From Candidatus Latescibacterota bacterium (GTDB taxonomy: Bacteria; Latescibacterota; UBA2968; UBA8231): a DNA stretch of 64,000 nucleotides. Of the stretch, positions 21,779-32,320 are shown piece after piece (within the stretch, counting starts at the first letter, position 1; the number at the start of each line of letters is the position of its first letter). The stretch lies in NCBI GenBank assembly GCA_964291625.2, contig OZ220089.1:1792001-1856000 (forward strand). Direction: 5' to 3'. Made by a program: the position numbers and the translations under genes. The notes below the pieces were generated by a model. The model had not been told where the DNA came from and made no database searches. It saw nothing but the letters and a program-made list of their open reading frames with translations.

Positions 21779-22969
21779 TCAGTCCTGGACCACCACTATC
21801 TTGGCGTCGTGGCCCAGGTTGAAGTGGCCGGCCACGATCAGCTCCTCGCCTTCGCTCACCCCTTCGGTGATCTCGATGAAGTCGTCGTTCTCCAGCCCGG
21901 TCTTGACGTAGCGCCACTTCGCCAGCCCTCCCTCGCGCACGAACAGAAGTTTGCGGTCATCGCGCACGAGGAGGGCGTCCCGGGGCACGAGCAGCCGCCG
22001 CACGAACAGCCTCGTCTCGACCGCGACCTGCGCGAACATGCCTGGCTTGATGCGGTGGCCGGGGTTGTCGATGCGGATGCGGACATCGCAGGTCCCGCTC
22101 TCCGGGTCGACTACCGGGCTGACCGCCGCAATGACCCCCCGGAACTGCTCCCCGGGGAAGGCATGGGGTCGGATGGAGACTTCGGCGCCGGCCTGCACCA
22201 GGCGCAACTCGCTCTCGAGGATGCCGACTTCGAGCAGCAGCGGATCGGGGGCCACCAGCCGCATCAGCTTGCCGCCTTGCGAGATCGTGCCGTTGAGGGT
22301 TGCCTCCAGCCCGGTCACGTACGCGTCAAACGGGGCTCTGACCACGGTATGCTCGAGGTCGAGCTCGGCCCGTCGCAGGCCGAGCCGAGCCCGGGTGAGT
22401 CCCGTGGTGCTGGCGATCCACTCCTTGGGCGCGTACTCGGCGAACAACCTCAGGGCGGTACGGTCATTGGGATCAGTCGTGTCGGCCGCCGCCGCGATCT
22501 CATCCCGGACGCGGCCGGTTCGTTGCAGTTGCCTGCTCAGCAGGGCGACCGAGGCGTACTCCCGGGCCGAGCGAGTCACTACGTCCCTGGCCAGCAGGCA
22601 GGCAATCTCGTACGGCTCCGGATCGATCTCAAGAACGAGATCCCCTTCGCGCACGAAGCTGCCCTCATCGACGGCAAGACGGATCACCGGCCCCGACACC
22701 CGGGCGACGAGATCGGTCTCGCGGTGGGCGATGAAGACGCCACCCGAGGAGATCCGCTGTACGAGGTCGCGACGGCGGATCTCTTCCACGGCCACCGGCG
22801 TTACCGGGGGCTCGATCGGGGGCAGCTCGTCGAGCGCGCGCCCTTTTTCGAGCGAAATCTCGTCCGCCCCGCCTGCATCCGTGCCTGTCGACGTGGAGTC
22901 ATCGACCAACGCCCACACCGAGAGCCCCACCCCGAGCCCCAGGAGCACGTAGAGGAGGTTCTTCAACAT
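21779..22969 (-). CDS. RND periplasmic adaptor (MFP)
   Basis: N-terminal TM, VDEGSFVREGD lipoyl-like motif, RAPFDA, IKPGMFAQV. Confidence 0.9.
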   Translation of the reverse strand: MLKNLLYVLLGLGVGLSVWALVDDSTSTGTDAGGADEISLEKGRALDELPPIEPPVTPVAVEEIRRRDLVQRISSGGVFIAHRETDLVARVSGPVIRLAVDEGSFVREGDLVLEIDPEPYEIACLLARDVVTRSAREYASVALLSRQLQRTGRVRDEIAAAADTTDPNDRTALRLFAEYAPKEWIASTTGLTRARLGLRRAELDLEHTVVRAPFDAYVTGLEATLNGTISQGGKLMRLVAPDPLLLEVGILESELRLVQAGAEVSIRPHAFPGEQFRGVIAAVSPVVDPESGTCDVRIRIDNPGHRIKPGMFAQVAVETRLFVRRLLVPRDALLVRDDRKLLFVREGGLAKWRYVKTGLENDDFIEITEGVSEGEELIVAGHFNLGHDAKIVVVQD

Positions 22970-22978
22970 GAAGTGACG

Positions 22979-24868
22979 CTACTTCTTCTTGTCGGCGAAA
23001 TACTCGACCACTACCTCGACGGCCTTCTCAATACCGGCCTCGGAGGCGATCGATACAGCCGGCCGGTCGAAGGTCTCTTCGAGGTGCCGCAGCTTGCGAC
23101 GGCTGTCTTCCTCGGGCATCTGCCGGGGTTTGATCGAAGTGCGTCCGTACGCCTCGCGCACATGCTTCGCCTTGTCGCTCATGGCCAGCAGCAGGACCGG
23201 GGCCTGGGATATGGCCCGAATGCCGTCCATAGTGTCCCGTATATAGTCGTCGGTGTCCACGCTGTTGACCACGAGCAGGCAGGCGTCCGGCTTGACTCCC
23301 ATCAGGAAGGCGAGGGAGGGCAGGGTGTGGGTCTGGGGTTCGCTGACGTTGTAGGGCACGGTGCCGGACTGGCTGCCGGCCAGGATCAGGTGCGGGCTCC
23401 TGCGACGGTTGATTTCGCGTAGCTTGGCGTCGAGGTAGGGGGCGTAGAAATCGAAGGGTATCTCCACCGACGGGGCGTACCCTATCGGGAACGCGCAGTC
23501 CATGCCAAACAGCCCGGAGTGATGCTCCGTGCCGAGCTGGCCAACCCGGTAGCCCAGTTCCTGCAGGCGGCGGCGCAATCCCAGTTGCAGGGTGAACTTG
23601 CCCTGCTGCGAACTGGTGCCCATGACCGCGATCACCGGCACGTCCACCGCAGGGTACTGCGACGCCGAGTCGAGGGTGTGCCGCGCTTCTTCCGCCGACA
23701 GCGCGGGATAGTACAGGCGAAGCCCCTTGCTTTCTGCCCGTTCGTACAGGTCGGCGTAGCGCTCGCGCGGCAGCGCAAGCAGGCTGAAGACGTGAACGCC
23801 CTGCTCCAGCGCCTCCTCGACGGCTTCGCGCAGCACATCTCTATTTCGGATGCGGCCCAGCTCATCTACGTACCCGAGGATGAGGGTGTCGGCCCCCTGC
23901 AGGGCCGCGGCGAGGCGAGGGGCGATGCGCAGGCCGGCCGAGGACAGGCCGACCGCCTTGGCGGCGTCCTTTCCGACCAGACCCTTCCCGGCTGGATCGG
24001 CCACACCGACGATCTCGAAGCCGAGCAGGTCGCGCGCCCGCACCAAGGCGTGCATCTCCTTGTTGTAGGGGTAAAGGGCCGCTTTCCCGATCCAGGCGAA
24101 TGAGTCCTCCGTTCCGTGTGGTTCTGAAGGTTTGGTTGCTTTGGGCGGGGCCGGCTCAGGGTGGGCATTGGCCTGCAACAGTGCCCGCATCTGCCCCAAG
24201 GAGGCACATGGGTGTGCCTCGCGGATCAGGGCGAGCAGACCGCTAATATGGGGGGCGGCAAAGCTGGTGCCCCCGAGCAGGATCTCGCGCGGCTCCAGCC
24301 AGCAGAGCCGCTGCGGGTCGCCACGGGCCAGGCACTCGATAGCCGCGCCGACGCGGTAGTGGTACTTGTAGAGACCGCGCACCTTGCCCGCTCCGACGCC
24401 TATGACTTGGGGCAACAGGGCCGGCCAGCTCTCCCGGCCTTCTTCGTGCTCGGCCGCGACGAGCAAGACGCCTTGGTCCACGGCCTCTTGGCAGACCTCC
24501 TCCAGGGCGTCGCGATGCCCCACCTCGGTGGTTCCCAGGCTCAGGTTGACGAGGTCCATTCCCTGGTCCACCGCCCATTTGATGGCCGCGATCAGCAGGC
24601 GGGGGTCGGCTGCAAGGGATTCATCGAAAATCCGTACGCTGTGCAGCTCGGCCTCGGATGCCTTGCGGCGGACAAGCCCGGCGCAGGCGGTACCGTGGCC
24701 GGCGCAATCGGAGTAGTCGTCGCTTTGTACCGGTTCGCCGGCCGGCCCCAAGCTCAGGCCGACGCCGCCGGCCACCGGCCCGACTTTGGGGTGGTCGGGA
24801 ACTATACCGCTGTCGACCACCGCCACCTTGACGCCTCGTCCGGTCCGGTTCGCAAAGGGAAACTTCAT
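22979..24868 (-). CDS. S8 (subtilisin) peptidase fused to a TIGR04066/DUF1611-like P-loop domain
   Basis: Triad VAVVDSG / HGTACAG / GTSFAAP. C-half: KAALYPYNKE..., VPVIAVMGTSSQQGKFTLQLGLRRRL..GYRVGQLGTE..LFG. No signal peptide. Confidence 0.85.
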   Translation of the reverse strand: MKFPFANRTGRGVKVAVVDSGIVPDHPKVGPVAGGVGLSLGPAGEPVQSDDYSDCAGHGTACAGLVRRKASEAELHSVRIFDESLAADPRLLIAAIKWAVDQGMDLVNLSLGTTEVGHRDALEEVCQEAVDQGVLLVAAEHEEGRESWPALLPQVIGVGAGKVRGLYKYHYRVGAAIECLARGDPQRLCWLEPREILLGGTSFAAPHISGLLALIREAHPCASLGQMRALLQANAHPEPAPPKATKPSEPHGTEDSFAWIGKAALYPYNKEMHALVRARDLLGFEIVGVADPAGKGLVGKDAAKAVGLSSAGLRIAPRLAAALQGADTLILGYVDELGRIRNRDVLREAVEEALEQGVHVFSLLALPRERYADLYERAESKGLRLYYPALSAEEARHTLDSASQYPAVDVPVIAVMGTSSQQGKFTLQLGLRRRLQELGYRVGQLGTEHHSGLFGMDCAFPIGYAPSVEIPFDFYAPYLDAKLREINRRRSPHLILAGSQSGTVPYNVSEPQTHTLPSLAFLMGVKPDACLLVVNSVDTDDYIRDTMDGIRAISQAPVLLLAMSDKAKHVREAYGRTSIKPRQMPEEDSRRKLRHLEETFDRPAVSIASEAGIEKAVEVVVEYFADKKK

Positions 24869-26664
24869 GGGGCTACCGCCGCGCTGGTGCGGGCCTCGCC
24901 TTGCTGGTGAACAAACCGCGCGTAATACCCGTGCCGCGAAAGGAGGACGGCGGGCGAGCCTTGCTCCACCACTCGGCCCTCGGACAGGCAGATCACCTCG
25001 TCCACCCCCTGCACGGCGCTGAGCCGGTGGCTGATCAGGAGAATCGTCTTGTCGTGAAACCGTTGCCCCAGGAGACGGATGATTGCTTCCTCGCTCTCCG
25101 CGTCCAGCGCCGAGGTCGCTTCGTCGAGGATAAGCAACTCCTTCGGCCACAACAGGGTCCGCGCCAAGGCGATCCGCTGTTGCTGGCCACCGGAGAGTTG
25201 CCCGCCTTGCTCCCCGACCTTCGCCTCCACATCCAGATCGTTCAGGCGGACCTGTTGGATCACCTGCTCAATCTCCGCCGGGTCGCGCTGGAAATTGCCG
25301 TAGCGGACGTTGTTCTGGATCGTATCGTCGAACAGGTGGACTTGCTGGCTTACCAAGCCGACCTGCTCCCGCAGCTCGCGCAGGCTGATCTCCTCGAGCG
25401 GCACCCCGTCTACGAGAATGCGGCCCTGGCCGGGTTGATAGAATGCACATAGCAGATGCGCCAGGGTCGTCTTGCCGACGCCGCTCAGGCCGACAAGGGC
25501 ATACGTCTTGCCCTTGACCAGTTCCAGGTTCAGGCCCTGCAAGACGGGTTGGTCGTCGAAACGAAAATGAACGTCCTGCAGTTCAATCGCGTGCTCATAG
25601 GTGAACGACCGGTGGCCTCTGTGTGTGTCTTCCTGGGTCGGAACCTGCATGAACTCCAGCACTCGCCGCATCGAAACCAAACCCCGTACGAGGCTCATGT
25701 AGAGATTGTGCAGTCCCTGGATCGGGCCGAACAGGCGCCTGGTGTATTGAAGGAAGGCAATCAGGGTACCGAGCGTCATGACGCCCTGTATCACCTGATA
25801 CCCGCCCCAGCCGAGGATCACCGCCGGGGTCATCATGACCAGCCCCGACGAAACCGTGCTCATGGAAACCGAGTAGCGGACATTCCGCATGGCAATGGTG
25901 ATCATCGCATTTATGGCCGAGGCGAAACGACCGGTCTCGTGGCCGTCACTGTTGGCGAGTTGGATCAGCGGTACGTTGGTGAACCGCTCGATGGTAAAGC
26001 TGGAAATCCCGGCTCCCTGCTGCTGCAAGGATTCGACGGTCTCTCTGATTCGTGGTTGAAAGTACAGCAGGTTGCCTACGAACAGGGGAACGACCGTGAT
26101 GGAGAGCAGAAACAAGGTGACGTTCAGCCAGCACAAAACGATCACCAAGCCGATCAGGGTCAGGATGCTGTGCAGGAAACGGAGCACGCTCGAGGTCAAG
26201 ACCGATTGGACTACTCCCACGTCGTTGTTCAGCCGAAAGACCAGTTCCCCGGTTTTCTGCCGGTGATGAAAGTCGATCGGCAGGTTCACAAGATGTCGAA
26301 AGAGATCTACCCGTATGTCCCGCACAACGCGATTGCCAGCCCAGTTATACAGATAGTTGGACGAAGCAGAGAGAACCAATCGAGTCGCGCCAAGGATCAA
26401 CAATACGGCGAGGGCCATCAACAATGAATCGAGCTGTCTAGACGGCAGTACATCATCGATGATGACCTTGATGATATACGGCGGCGCCAAGGAGAGGGCG
26501 GTCACACAGAGCACACAGAGCAGTACGAACAGCCATTGGTACCAGTAAGGGAGCAGGTACCGAATGAACCAGATGGCTATGGACCGGGCGGTCGCGGAAT
26601 CAGACACCCTGGCCTCCATTAGACGAATGTAGGGAATCCACCGATTTTCCCCCTTAAGGGACAT
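24865..26664 (-). CDS. ABC exporter, fused permease/ATPase (no C39 domain)
   Basis: Hydrophobic TM half followed by GLSGVGKT, LSGGQQQR, LILDEATSALD. Confidence 0.92.
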   Translation of the reverse strand: MSLKGENRWIPYIRLMEARVSDSATARSIAIWFIRYLLPYWYQWLFVLLCVLCVTALSLAPPYIIKVIIDDVLPSRQLDSLLMALAVLLILGATRLVLSASSNYLYNWAGNRVVRDIRVDLFRHLVNLPIDFHHRQKTGELVFRLNNDVGVVQSVLTSSVLRFLHSILTLIGLVIVLCWLNVTLFLLSITVVPLFVGNLLYFQPRIRETVESLQQQGAGISSFTIERFTNVPLIQLANSDGHETGRFASAINAMITIAMRNVRYSVSMSTVSSGLVMMTPAVILGWGGYQVIQGVMTLGTLIAFLQYTRRLFGPIQGLHNLYMSLVRGLVSMRRVLEFMQVPTQEDTHRGHRSFTYEHAIELQDVHFRFDDQPVLQGLNLELVKGKTYALVGLSGVGKTTLAHLLCAFYQPGQGRILVDGVPLEEISLRELREQVGLVSQQVHLFDDTIQNNVRYGNFQRDPAEIEQVIQQVRLNDLDVEAKVGEQGGQLSGGQQQRIALARTLLWPKELLILDEATSALDAESEEAIIRLLGQRFHDKTILLISHRLSAVQGVDEVICLSEGRVVEQGSPAVLLSRHGYYARFVHQQGEARTSAAVAP

Positions 26665-27182
26665 CTACTTTCGCGCACCCCGCGATCCGTCCCTCGGCAT
26701 CCCTGGAGGAATCGTTCCTCAGCCAAGGGGGCCGCGCATGACCAAGTTGCGGGACGAAGATCTGGTGTGTGTGCGCAAGTCTTGACCGTCCAAGGCGGTC
26801 ACAGCGTTCGCTCGTGATTCGGACGTGGATCCAGGGGACAGCACGAGCGTCTGCAAGCGGGCCAGCGGCCTGAGCCGGTGCGGGCCTTTACGACACCCTG
26901 GTCCGCGAGCACGGCCACCGGGGGACCTACAAGGCGGTGGCCTATGTGCGCCGCCGCCGGCCGCCGCCGAAGGTGCGGCCCCTGCGTCGGGTGGAGGTGC
27001 GGCCGGGCAGCCAGGCGCAGGTAGGACTGGGTCGAGCCCTGGGTGCACGTGCTCGAGTTTGCACGGTCGCACCCGGCTGAGCGCCTTCAGCCTCTCGCTC
27101 AGCTCTTCGCGCATGTGGTCGGTGCAGTGGCGGCTCGACCAGCGCCAGCTGTCCTGGCAGGAGGCCCACACAATCGCGCCTT

Positions 27183-27320
27183 TGGAGTTGACCCGCTTTG
27201 GTGGACACGCCATCTCTTGATGAAGAAAAAGGGAGGGCTGTCCAACCATGCCGAAACGCGCCCCTCACCCGCCGGAGTCCCGGCAACAGATATGATCAAG
27301 CTTGGGGCCGGCCGAGCAGG
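27183..27320 (+). mobile_element. IS3-family remnant (left end + degenerate orfA start)
   Basis: TGGAGTTGACCCGCTTTGGTGGACAC terminal repeat followed by ATG CCG AAA CGC...(MPKRAPHPPESRQQ); homologous to 30330 on the minus strand. Confidence 0.65.
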
Positions 27321-27731
27321 GTCTCGGTGGAGGGGAACCTGCCGCCGCTGGAGGAGCTGCAGTCGCTGCTGCCTTCGACCCGGCTGGGGGGGGACCCGGG
27401 CCTGGGGGGTGGCGCCACCGCAGAATCGGTCTTCGCTGGAGGTCTCCGGGCCCTCAAAGAGCGGTGCTACGAGGGGTCGCACCTCCTCGGTGTACTGCTG
27501 CGTCCGTCGCCCCCGCCCCCGAGAAACTTCGATGTGACGTGGATACACCCGTTGGACCCACCAAGGGAGGCCAGCAGATCCTCAATCTGGGAGCCCAACT
27601 GCTAATCCCATCAATGGAAGGCAAAGTAGCTGCCCGGGCTTTCCCCGTTTCCGCCGAGGTGCCCCCACCCAAGCAAGCGCAGATGGGACCTGGGTCGTGC
27701 GCATGCCGAGGCGGGGGCACCAGGCCAAGGA

Positions 27732-27760
27732 AGGACGACTGAGCGCCCCTCAGTCGTCCT
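27732..27760 (-). terminator. Perfect 12-bp hairpin overlapping the stop of precursor A
   Basis: AGGACGACTGAG-cgccc-CTCAGTCGTCCT; no clear U-tract. Confidence 0.5.
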
Positions 27761-27983
27761 CCTCCTCCGGACAAGGGTCAGCCTCACAGGTACTGACACA
27801 CGAACCGTCGCCTGCCGAGCAGACGTCTTCGGTGGCCGAGGACATCACGCACGCAGTGATCTGCTTGAAACACGGCACACTCTCATAGACGATTGTAGTC
27901 ACCACCCAGGATAGGTGCTCCTCCGAGTAGGCAAGGACCGCGTGGTTGCGCCTTGCAGGCGACTTTTTTGTGAGGGCTCTCAT
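27750..27983 (-). CDS. Putative RiPP precursor peptide A (77 aa, 6 Cys)
   Basis: GGGAGG RBS then ATG; MRALTKKSPARRNHAVLAY|SEEHLSWVVTTIVYESVPCFKQITACVMSSATEDVCSAGDGSCVSTCEADPCPEEEDD; paralog at 32321-32539. Confidence 0.8.
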   Translation of the reverse strand: MRALTKKSPARRNHAVLAYSEEHLSWVVTTIVYESVPCFKQITACVMSSATEDVCSAGDGSCVSTCEADPCPEEEDD

Positions 27984-28063
27984 TGGAGATGCCTCCCTTT
28001 TGAGTAGAGGATGATGAATGATAACTCTAGGTTTCAATTTGAAACCTAAGAAGTTGAGGGTTG

Positions 28064-29248
28064 CTAACCCCCGCGTCCTGAAGCCAAGGCAATTCCGTAC
28101 AGTTCGATGGTCCCATTGGAGATCTCTGACTCTTCTTCTGATGGAGGTCTCCAAATACAAAGCTGATCCTCCCAAGCTGCAATCCTGTTCCAAGGCGCGT
28201 GTACGGCCAACGGGCGGATACGCTCCTCCCAATCTGGAGTAAGACCGTACACCTTGATTGTCGACGCCCCATCCCCTTCAAGGTCGTAGATAGCCCATCC
28301 TCGGTCCGTGGCGTGAAGAACAAGTAGGTATCTATCTTGGAACAAAGTCATTCTCCTCAGGAGAGTCATCCCCGAACTCATCAATTCAGTCATCAACTCC
28401 CTGGTGCCAGTACCAACATCGTGGAATCGCCCAGGTAAGGGAGTAAACCCTTCGGGACGGAAGCCAAACCTTCTTGTGATCTCTCCTGTAGCGGCGTCAA
28501 TCTCCTTTACATGGTATTCATTAACCCCCAAGTAGTACAGCCGATGCCGGGAGGTGCTGTAACACAAGTGATACAAGCGACCCAGCCGAGCCGCTAGAAA
28601 CCGATCTCTGTCCGTGGAAACAGGAGTCTGATAGCTCATCTCCCAAGTCTTGGGATCAAGGCGCGACACCGTCACGTAACGCTCCCTTCCCAACACAAAC
28701 AGCTCTCCCTCCCGTCCGGTTAAGACACGTGTATCATCATAGCCTGTCCATTGATCCAAGTAACTTCCAAGCCGATCATATCGGATGACACCCGCAGTGT
28801 GTAGAAGGTAAACGAAACCGTTAGGAGGATCCATGGAAATAGCAAGCGGTGAAGTATACTCACCCGGCCCGGCCCCCTTCCTCCCAAATGACCGAATGTA
28901 GCGTCCGTCAAGCAAGCTGAATTCATGTGCCGCTTGGCCAACCCCATCAACGAGCAACAAGCTGCTGTCAGGGGATACGCTCATCCAATCCACCGATCCG
29001 ATGGCTGGCGCCTCTTCGTCCAAGGCCAGTTCGACCTGGCCGTGGAAGATTAGACCAATCTCGCCTGCGGGTTGTACCGGCGTCTCCAGAATGCTGGATT
29101 CATCGACCCCCTCTACTGGGCCGCTGACGAGCACCCAGGCGAGCACCAGAGTTCGGACGTATGAAAGCACCTTATTCGCAACGCAACTCCGGGATGGCTG
29201 ACCAGATCGCCGATTGTGGCGATCGGAGGGGAGAGGGAGATATCTCAT
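28064..29248 (-). CDS. Secreted 6-bladed beta-propeller protein, copy A
   Basis: Signal-like N-terminus; 'SFGRKGAGPGEYTSP' motif typical of 6-bladed/NHL-like propellers. Confidence 0.8.
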   Translation of the reverse strand: MRYLPLPSDRHNRRSGQPSRSCVANKVLSYVRTLVLAWVLVSGPVEGVDESSILETPVQPAGEIGLIFHGQVELALDEEAPAIGSVDWMSVSPDSSLLLVDGVGQAAHEFSLLDGRYIRSFGRKGAGPGEYTSPLAISMDPPNGFVYLLHTAGVIRYDRLGSYLDQWTGYDDTRVLTGREGELFVLGRERYVTVSRLDPKTWEMSYQTPVSTDRDRFLAARLGRLYHLCYSTSRHRLYYLGVNEYHVKEIDAATGEITRRFGFRPEGFTPLPGRFHDVGTGTRELMTELMSSGMTLLRRMTLFQDRYLLVLHATDRGWAIYDLEGDGASTIKVYGLTPDWEERIRPLAVHAPWNRIAAWEDQLCIWRPPSEEESEISNGTIELYGIALASGRGG

Positions 29249-29326
29249 ATGGGATCGTAATCCTGACTGTTAAGGGATGTAGGGGTCAATACCCCTGGAC
29301 GCTCACCGTCCACTTTTCACATGCTG

Positions 29327-29406
29327 AGTATAGCGCCACAGCGCGACCCAATCCAATAGACGCATCTTTGGTAGTCGCCTTGTGAAACTATGATTTCCGC
29401 CTTGTG
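29327..29406 (-). promoter_or_regulatory. Putative sigma70 promoter with two 22-bp-spaced boxes (copy A)
   Basis: TTGGAT-18bp-TATACT on the minus strand; CGCCTTGTG at 29376 and 29398. Confidence 0.55.
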
Positions 29407-29454
29407 CAATGTCGAGTTTCTCCTCTAATCGCTCGCCCCAGATTCTCGTTGGAA

Positions 29455-29997
29455 TTATGGATTGGGCGAGGTGGTCCCCTCGAGGATCGCATACTTGGTC
29501 AGAGAGGCCGAACTGTCCAGGCCGAGCTCTTTACTGATAACCCAGACTTGGGAGCGCACGGTTGTTTCGCTTACCGCCAATTTCGCGGCTATTTCCTTAA
29601 CTTCAGCGAGCGACGAATAGACTCGCTAAAGGCGCCGATGCAATTTCGGGCTCACGTACTGGTTTCCTGCCTCCACCTGCCGAATTGCTTCCACCAAGCT
29701 TCCGTGGCCGTCCGCTCTTCCAACATAGGCCCAGGCTCCAGCCTCCATCATCTTGCCCATGAGGCGGTCGTTGTGCACGGACAGGCCAACCAACCGGACC
29801 AGGGGGTTTTCGGCCAGTATCTGCCGCGTCGCCTGGACACCGTTCAGTTCCGGCAGGACGCACTCCATGACCACCGCATCGGGCGGACCGCCGCGAACCA
29901 AGTCGACGGCAGTACGCCCGTCTTCAGCCTCAAGCAGTACTCGCCACCCTTCCAGCGTGGTCGTGTGATCCTGTACTACCACGACACTGATGGTCAT
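29455..29997 (-). pseudogene. NarL/LuxR response regulator pseudogene (copy A)
   Basis: Relative to 34018-34656: in-frame deletion in REC, a frameshift (PKLHRRL*) and a deletion at the start of the HTH. Confidence 0.85.
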
Positions 29998-30013
29998 GGA
30001 TGAACGTATCTCC

Positions 30014-30330
30014 TGGAGTTAATCCGGTCTCATGGACAGTGGCCGCCCGGCCGTGGGATGGCGACGGGTCTGTGACCACCGCCGCCGCCAGTGTTTCTGC
30101 TCCGCACGGTTCGACCATTCGGCGGATCCCTTCATCCCGGTCGGCCTGGACCTGCCAAGTTGCGGATCGTCTGGCCCGAGGGCTCGAACTCCCGGGCCAG
30201 GCCTCCGGGCTCCAGCCCGCCCGGACTAGCTCGACCATCTGCTCCCGAACTCCGGCGGGGCGTCTCGGCATGGTTAGACAGCCTCCCCTTCTTCAAGGGA
30301 CAGGGTGTCCACCAAAGCGGGGCAACTCGA
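30014..30330 (-). mobile_element. Internally deleted IS3-family element (MITE-like, both ends present)
   Basis: Left end TCGAGTTGCCCCGCTTTGGTGGACAC (30330, minus); right end TGGAGTTAATCCGGTCTCATGGACAG (30014, plus); orfA remnant EQMVELVRAG..QADRDEG. Confidence 0.7.
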
Positions 30331-30800
30331 GGAGCAGAAGGGCTACCAGACCCACTACCTGCTCATCGGCGTCGAGCTGCTGCACCGGCTCACCGGGAGG
30401 GAGGACGTGGCCGCCGCCTACGTGCGGGCCGTGCACTGGTTCTGCGGCGGCCCCGGGTCCACGAGGCCGCACTTCGCCCTGTCGCAGCACTACTACGGGA
30501 TCGTCTGCCGGCACCTCGCCTACGCTTGGCGCCTCACGGGGCACCGGCCCTACCTCCAGATCGCCCGGGCCGTCCTCGAGCGGCTCATGGGGATGCAGGA
30601 CTGGAGCGGCGCCCAGACGAGGCGGGGCTCCGTGGGCATGAGCCCCATGGGTCTGAGCCTGCTGTTCTTCGGGGTCCCATGCCTGCTGGAGGCGCTGGCC
30701 GAGGCGGGGATGGAGGAGCCGGGCGGCTGGCCTCAGGGGACCCGCCGCGAGGCCGGCGGGGCCTCGGCGAGGAGGAAGCCCGGCTCGTCGCCGTCCTGGA
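30331..30800 (+). pseudogene. 5'-truncated hypothetical protein fragment (alpha/alpha toroid-like)
   Basis: High-GC coding-like frame QKGYQTHYLLIGVELLHRLTG...LAYAWRLTG begins right at the IS end. Confidence 0.45.
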
Positions 30801-30801
30801 A

Positions 30802-31266
30802 CTATGGCTCTCTGGCTTCGGCCGAAGCTTTGGCAATCGCGACTATCTGGGTGGCATCCAGAAGCCTGGGCAAATCATGGTCCAGGATTACAGAATAGAA
30901 CCCTTGCAGCACTTGGCGGTACTTGACTAATAGAGGCTCAGAAGACCTGAGGTCTCGATTCCTGAACTCCGTGAACAGATCCATTTTGTTGATAATGAAG
31001 TCGGCAATGCTGAGATGGCTGGCCTCAGAGTGGGTCTCGAAGCCTCGGAAAACGAGCCCATTCGACAAAGGCGTCTCACTCCTCACCAAACTCTTTTCCT
31101 CTTCGGAGAGGCGGCAGTACGAATCCTCAAGGAAGCGGCACACCTTTAGCACTTCAAAGACCTCATCAACTCGGCTCTGGTTGTGCAGATGGACGATCAG
31201 TCTCTCTCGATCACTGATGCTTGCGTCTGGATTCTCCCTCGAGTAGCTGGAATCTCCCTTCAGCAA
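30802..31266 (-). CDS. YfbU-like protein
   Basis: AGGAGG RBS + TTG; VFEVL...SY..LSEEEK...FRGF....EASHLSIA.F...F.NRDL...YRQVL matches the YfbU pattern. Confidence 0.6.
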   Translation of the reverse strand: MLKGDSSYSRENPDASISDRERLIVHLHNQSRVDEVFEVLKVCRFLEDSYCRLSEEEKSLVRSETPLSNGLVFRGFETHSEASHLSIADFIINKMDLFTEFRNRDLRSSEPLLVKYRQVLQGFYSVILDHDLPRLLDATQIVAIAKASAEAREP

Positions 31267-31462
31267 GAGACCCTCCTTTGAGCGTTCCGTCGTGGTCTCC
31301 CTGGCGTGCCTCACCGGCGTTCGCGCAGCCGTCGGGCGTAGGGGGTCTCGATGCCGTACCGGCGGCACAGCCGGCTGAAGCTGCGCGGCTCGATGCCGAG
31401 GGCCCGGCTAGCGGCCTCGTTCGTCGAGTACATGCGGGCGGCTCGCTCGACGCGGCCCCGCT

Positions 31463-31830
31463 CCATCAAGCGTTCTCCCTGGACCATGGCTTATCCCCGT
31501 CAGAGTTGTCCTGCCGAGACAGACGACGGCTCGGACAAGGATCTTTCCTCAGAGTCCGCCCCAGCGCCGATGGCCGGACAGCTTTCGAAGAGAGCCAAGG
31601 CCTCTTCCTCCAAGGCCGCGATCTCCAGAAGGCGGTCGTGCAGTCGCTCCAGTATTGACTCCGTCGCTTTCACATGACCCTTCAGGCAGAGGTTTCTCAG
31701 GACGAGCCACTTCTGGGTAGTCCTCCGAAGCTGGTCCCCCACCTGCGTGAGTCGCGAATCTCCCACAACCTGAGCTGCCGCCCCGAGGTACTTCCCATGC
31801 CGATGTCGCTCTATCACCACGTTTCGCATT
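31463..31830 (-). pseudogene. 3' fragment of a second BtrH-like gene
   Basis: Near-identical to about 13114-13480 (QMRNVVIER..HGKYL...LLEIAALEE). Confidence 0.85.
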
Positions 31831-32320
31831 TGAGAAAGCTTCAGAACACGGGGCGCAACTTCCTTCTGCTTCGGACGGCTCGGCCCCATCGCGACGCTCC
31901 GGCCCGGCCCGGACCAGCACGAGAGCGGGTCAACTCCACACCGGGCGCCCCCTGACAGGAGCCTACGAGCAACCGACGTACGAGAAGCTCCAAGCCATCC
32001 CTGGAAGGGGCCTGAAACCGGGCTTGGCCTTTGTCACAGCTTGGGTGCCACGGCTCTGCTCGACCGAATGGGCTGGGGCAAGCCCTGCAGAGCCAGAACT
32101 CGGCTTCAAGATAGCTCGCGATATGAGGGGGCTGACCCCTACTCACCGCTGTGCTGGGCTGTTTCAAACTGAGAATGGAACTTTGCTGACCTGTCCCTGC
32201 CTCCCCTGCTGGCGCCGGAACGCCAAACTCGGACCGGCGGGGGTGACGAGAGTTTAGATTATGTCCCTCCGAAAAAAGCGCTTAAGGAGGAACAGGCGTA
32301 GCAGGGGATCGTCGTCGTCG

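Noticed and set aside
26665-27600. ORFs between the ABC exporter and peptide A
   Set aside because: Fragmentary, interrupted by the IS3 end, with no recognisable motif and no third leader copy.
31841-32320. Cys-containing ORF as a possible SPASM remnant or third precursor
   Set aside because: No leader, no RBS and no convincing Cys spacing.
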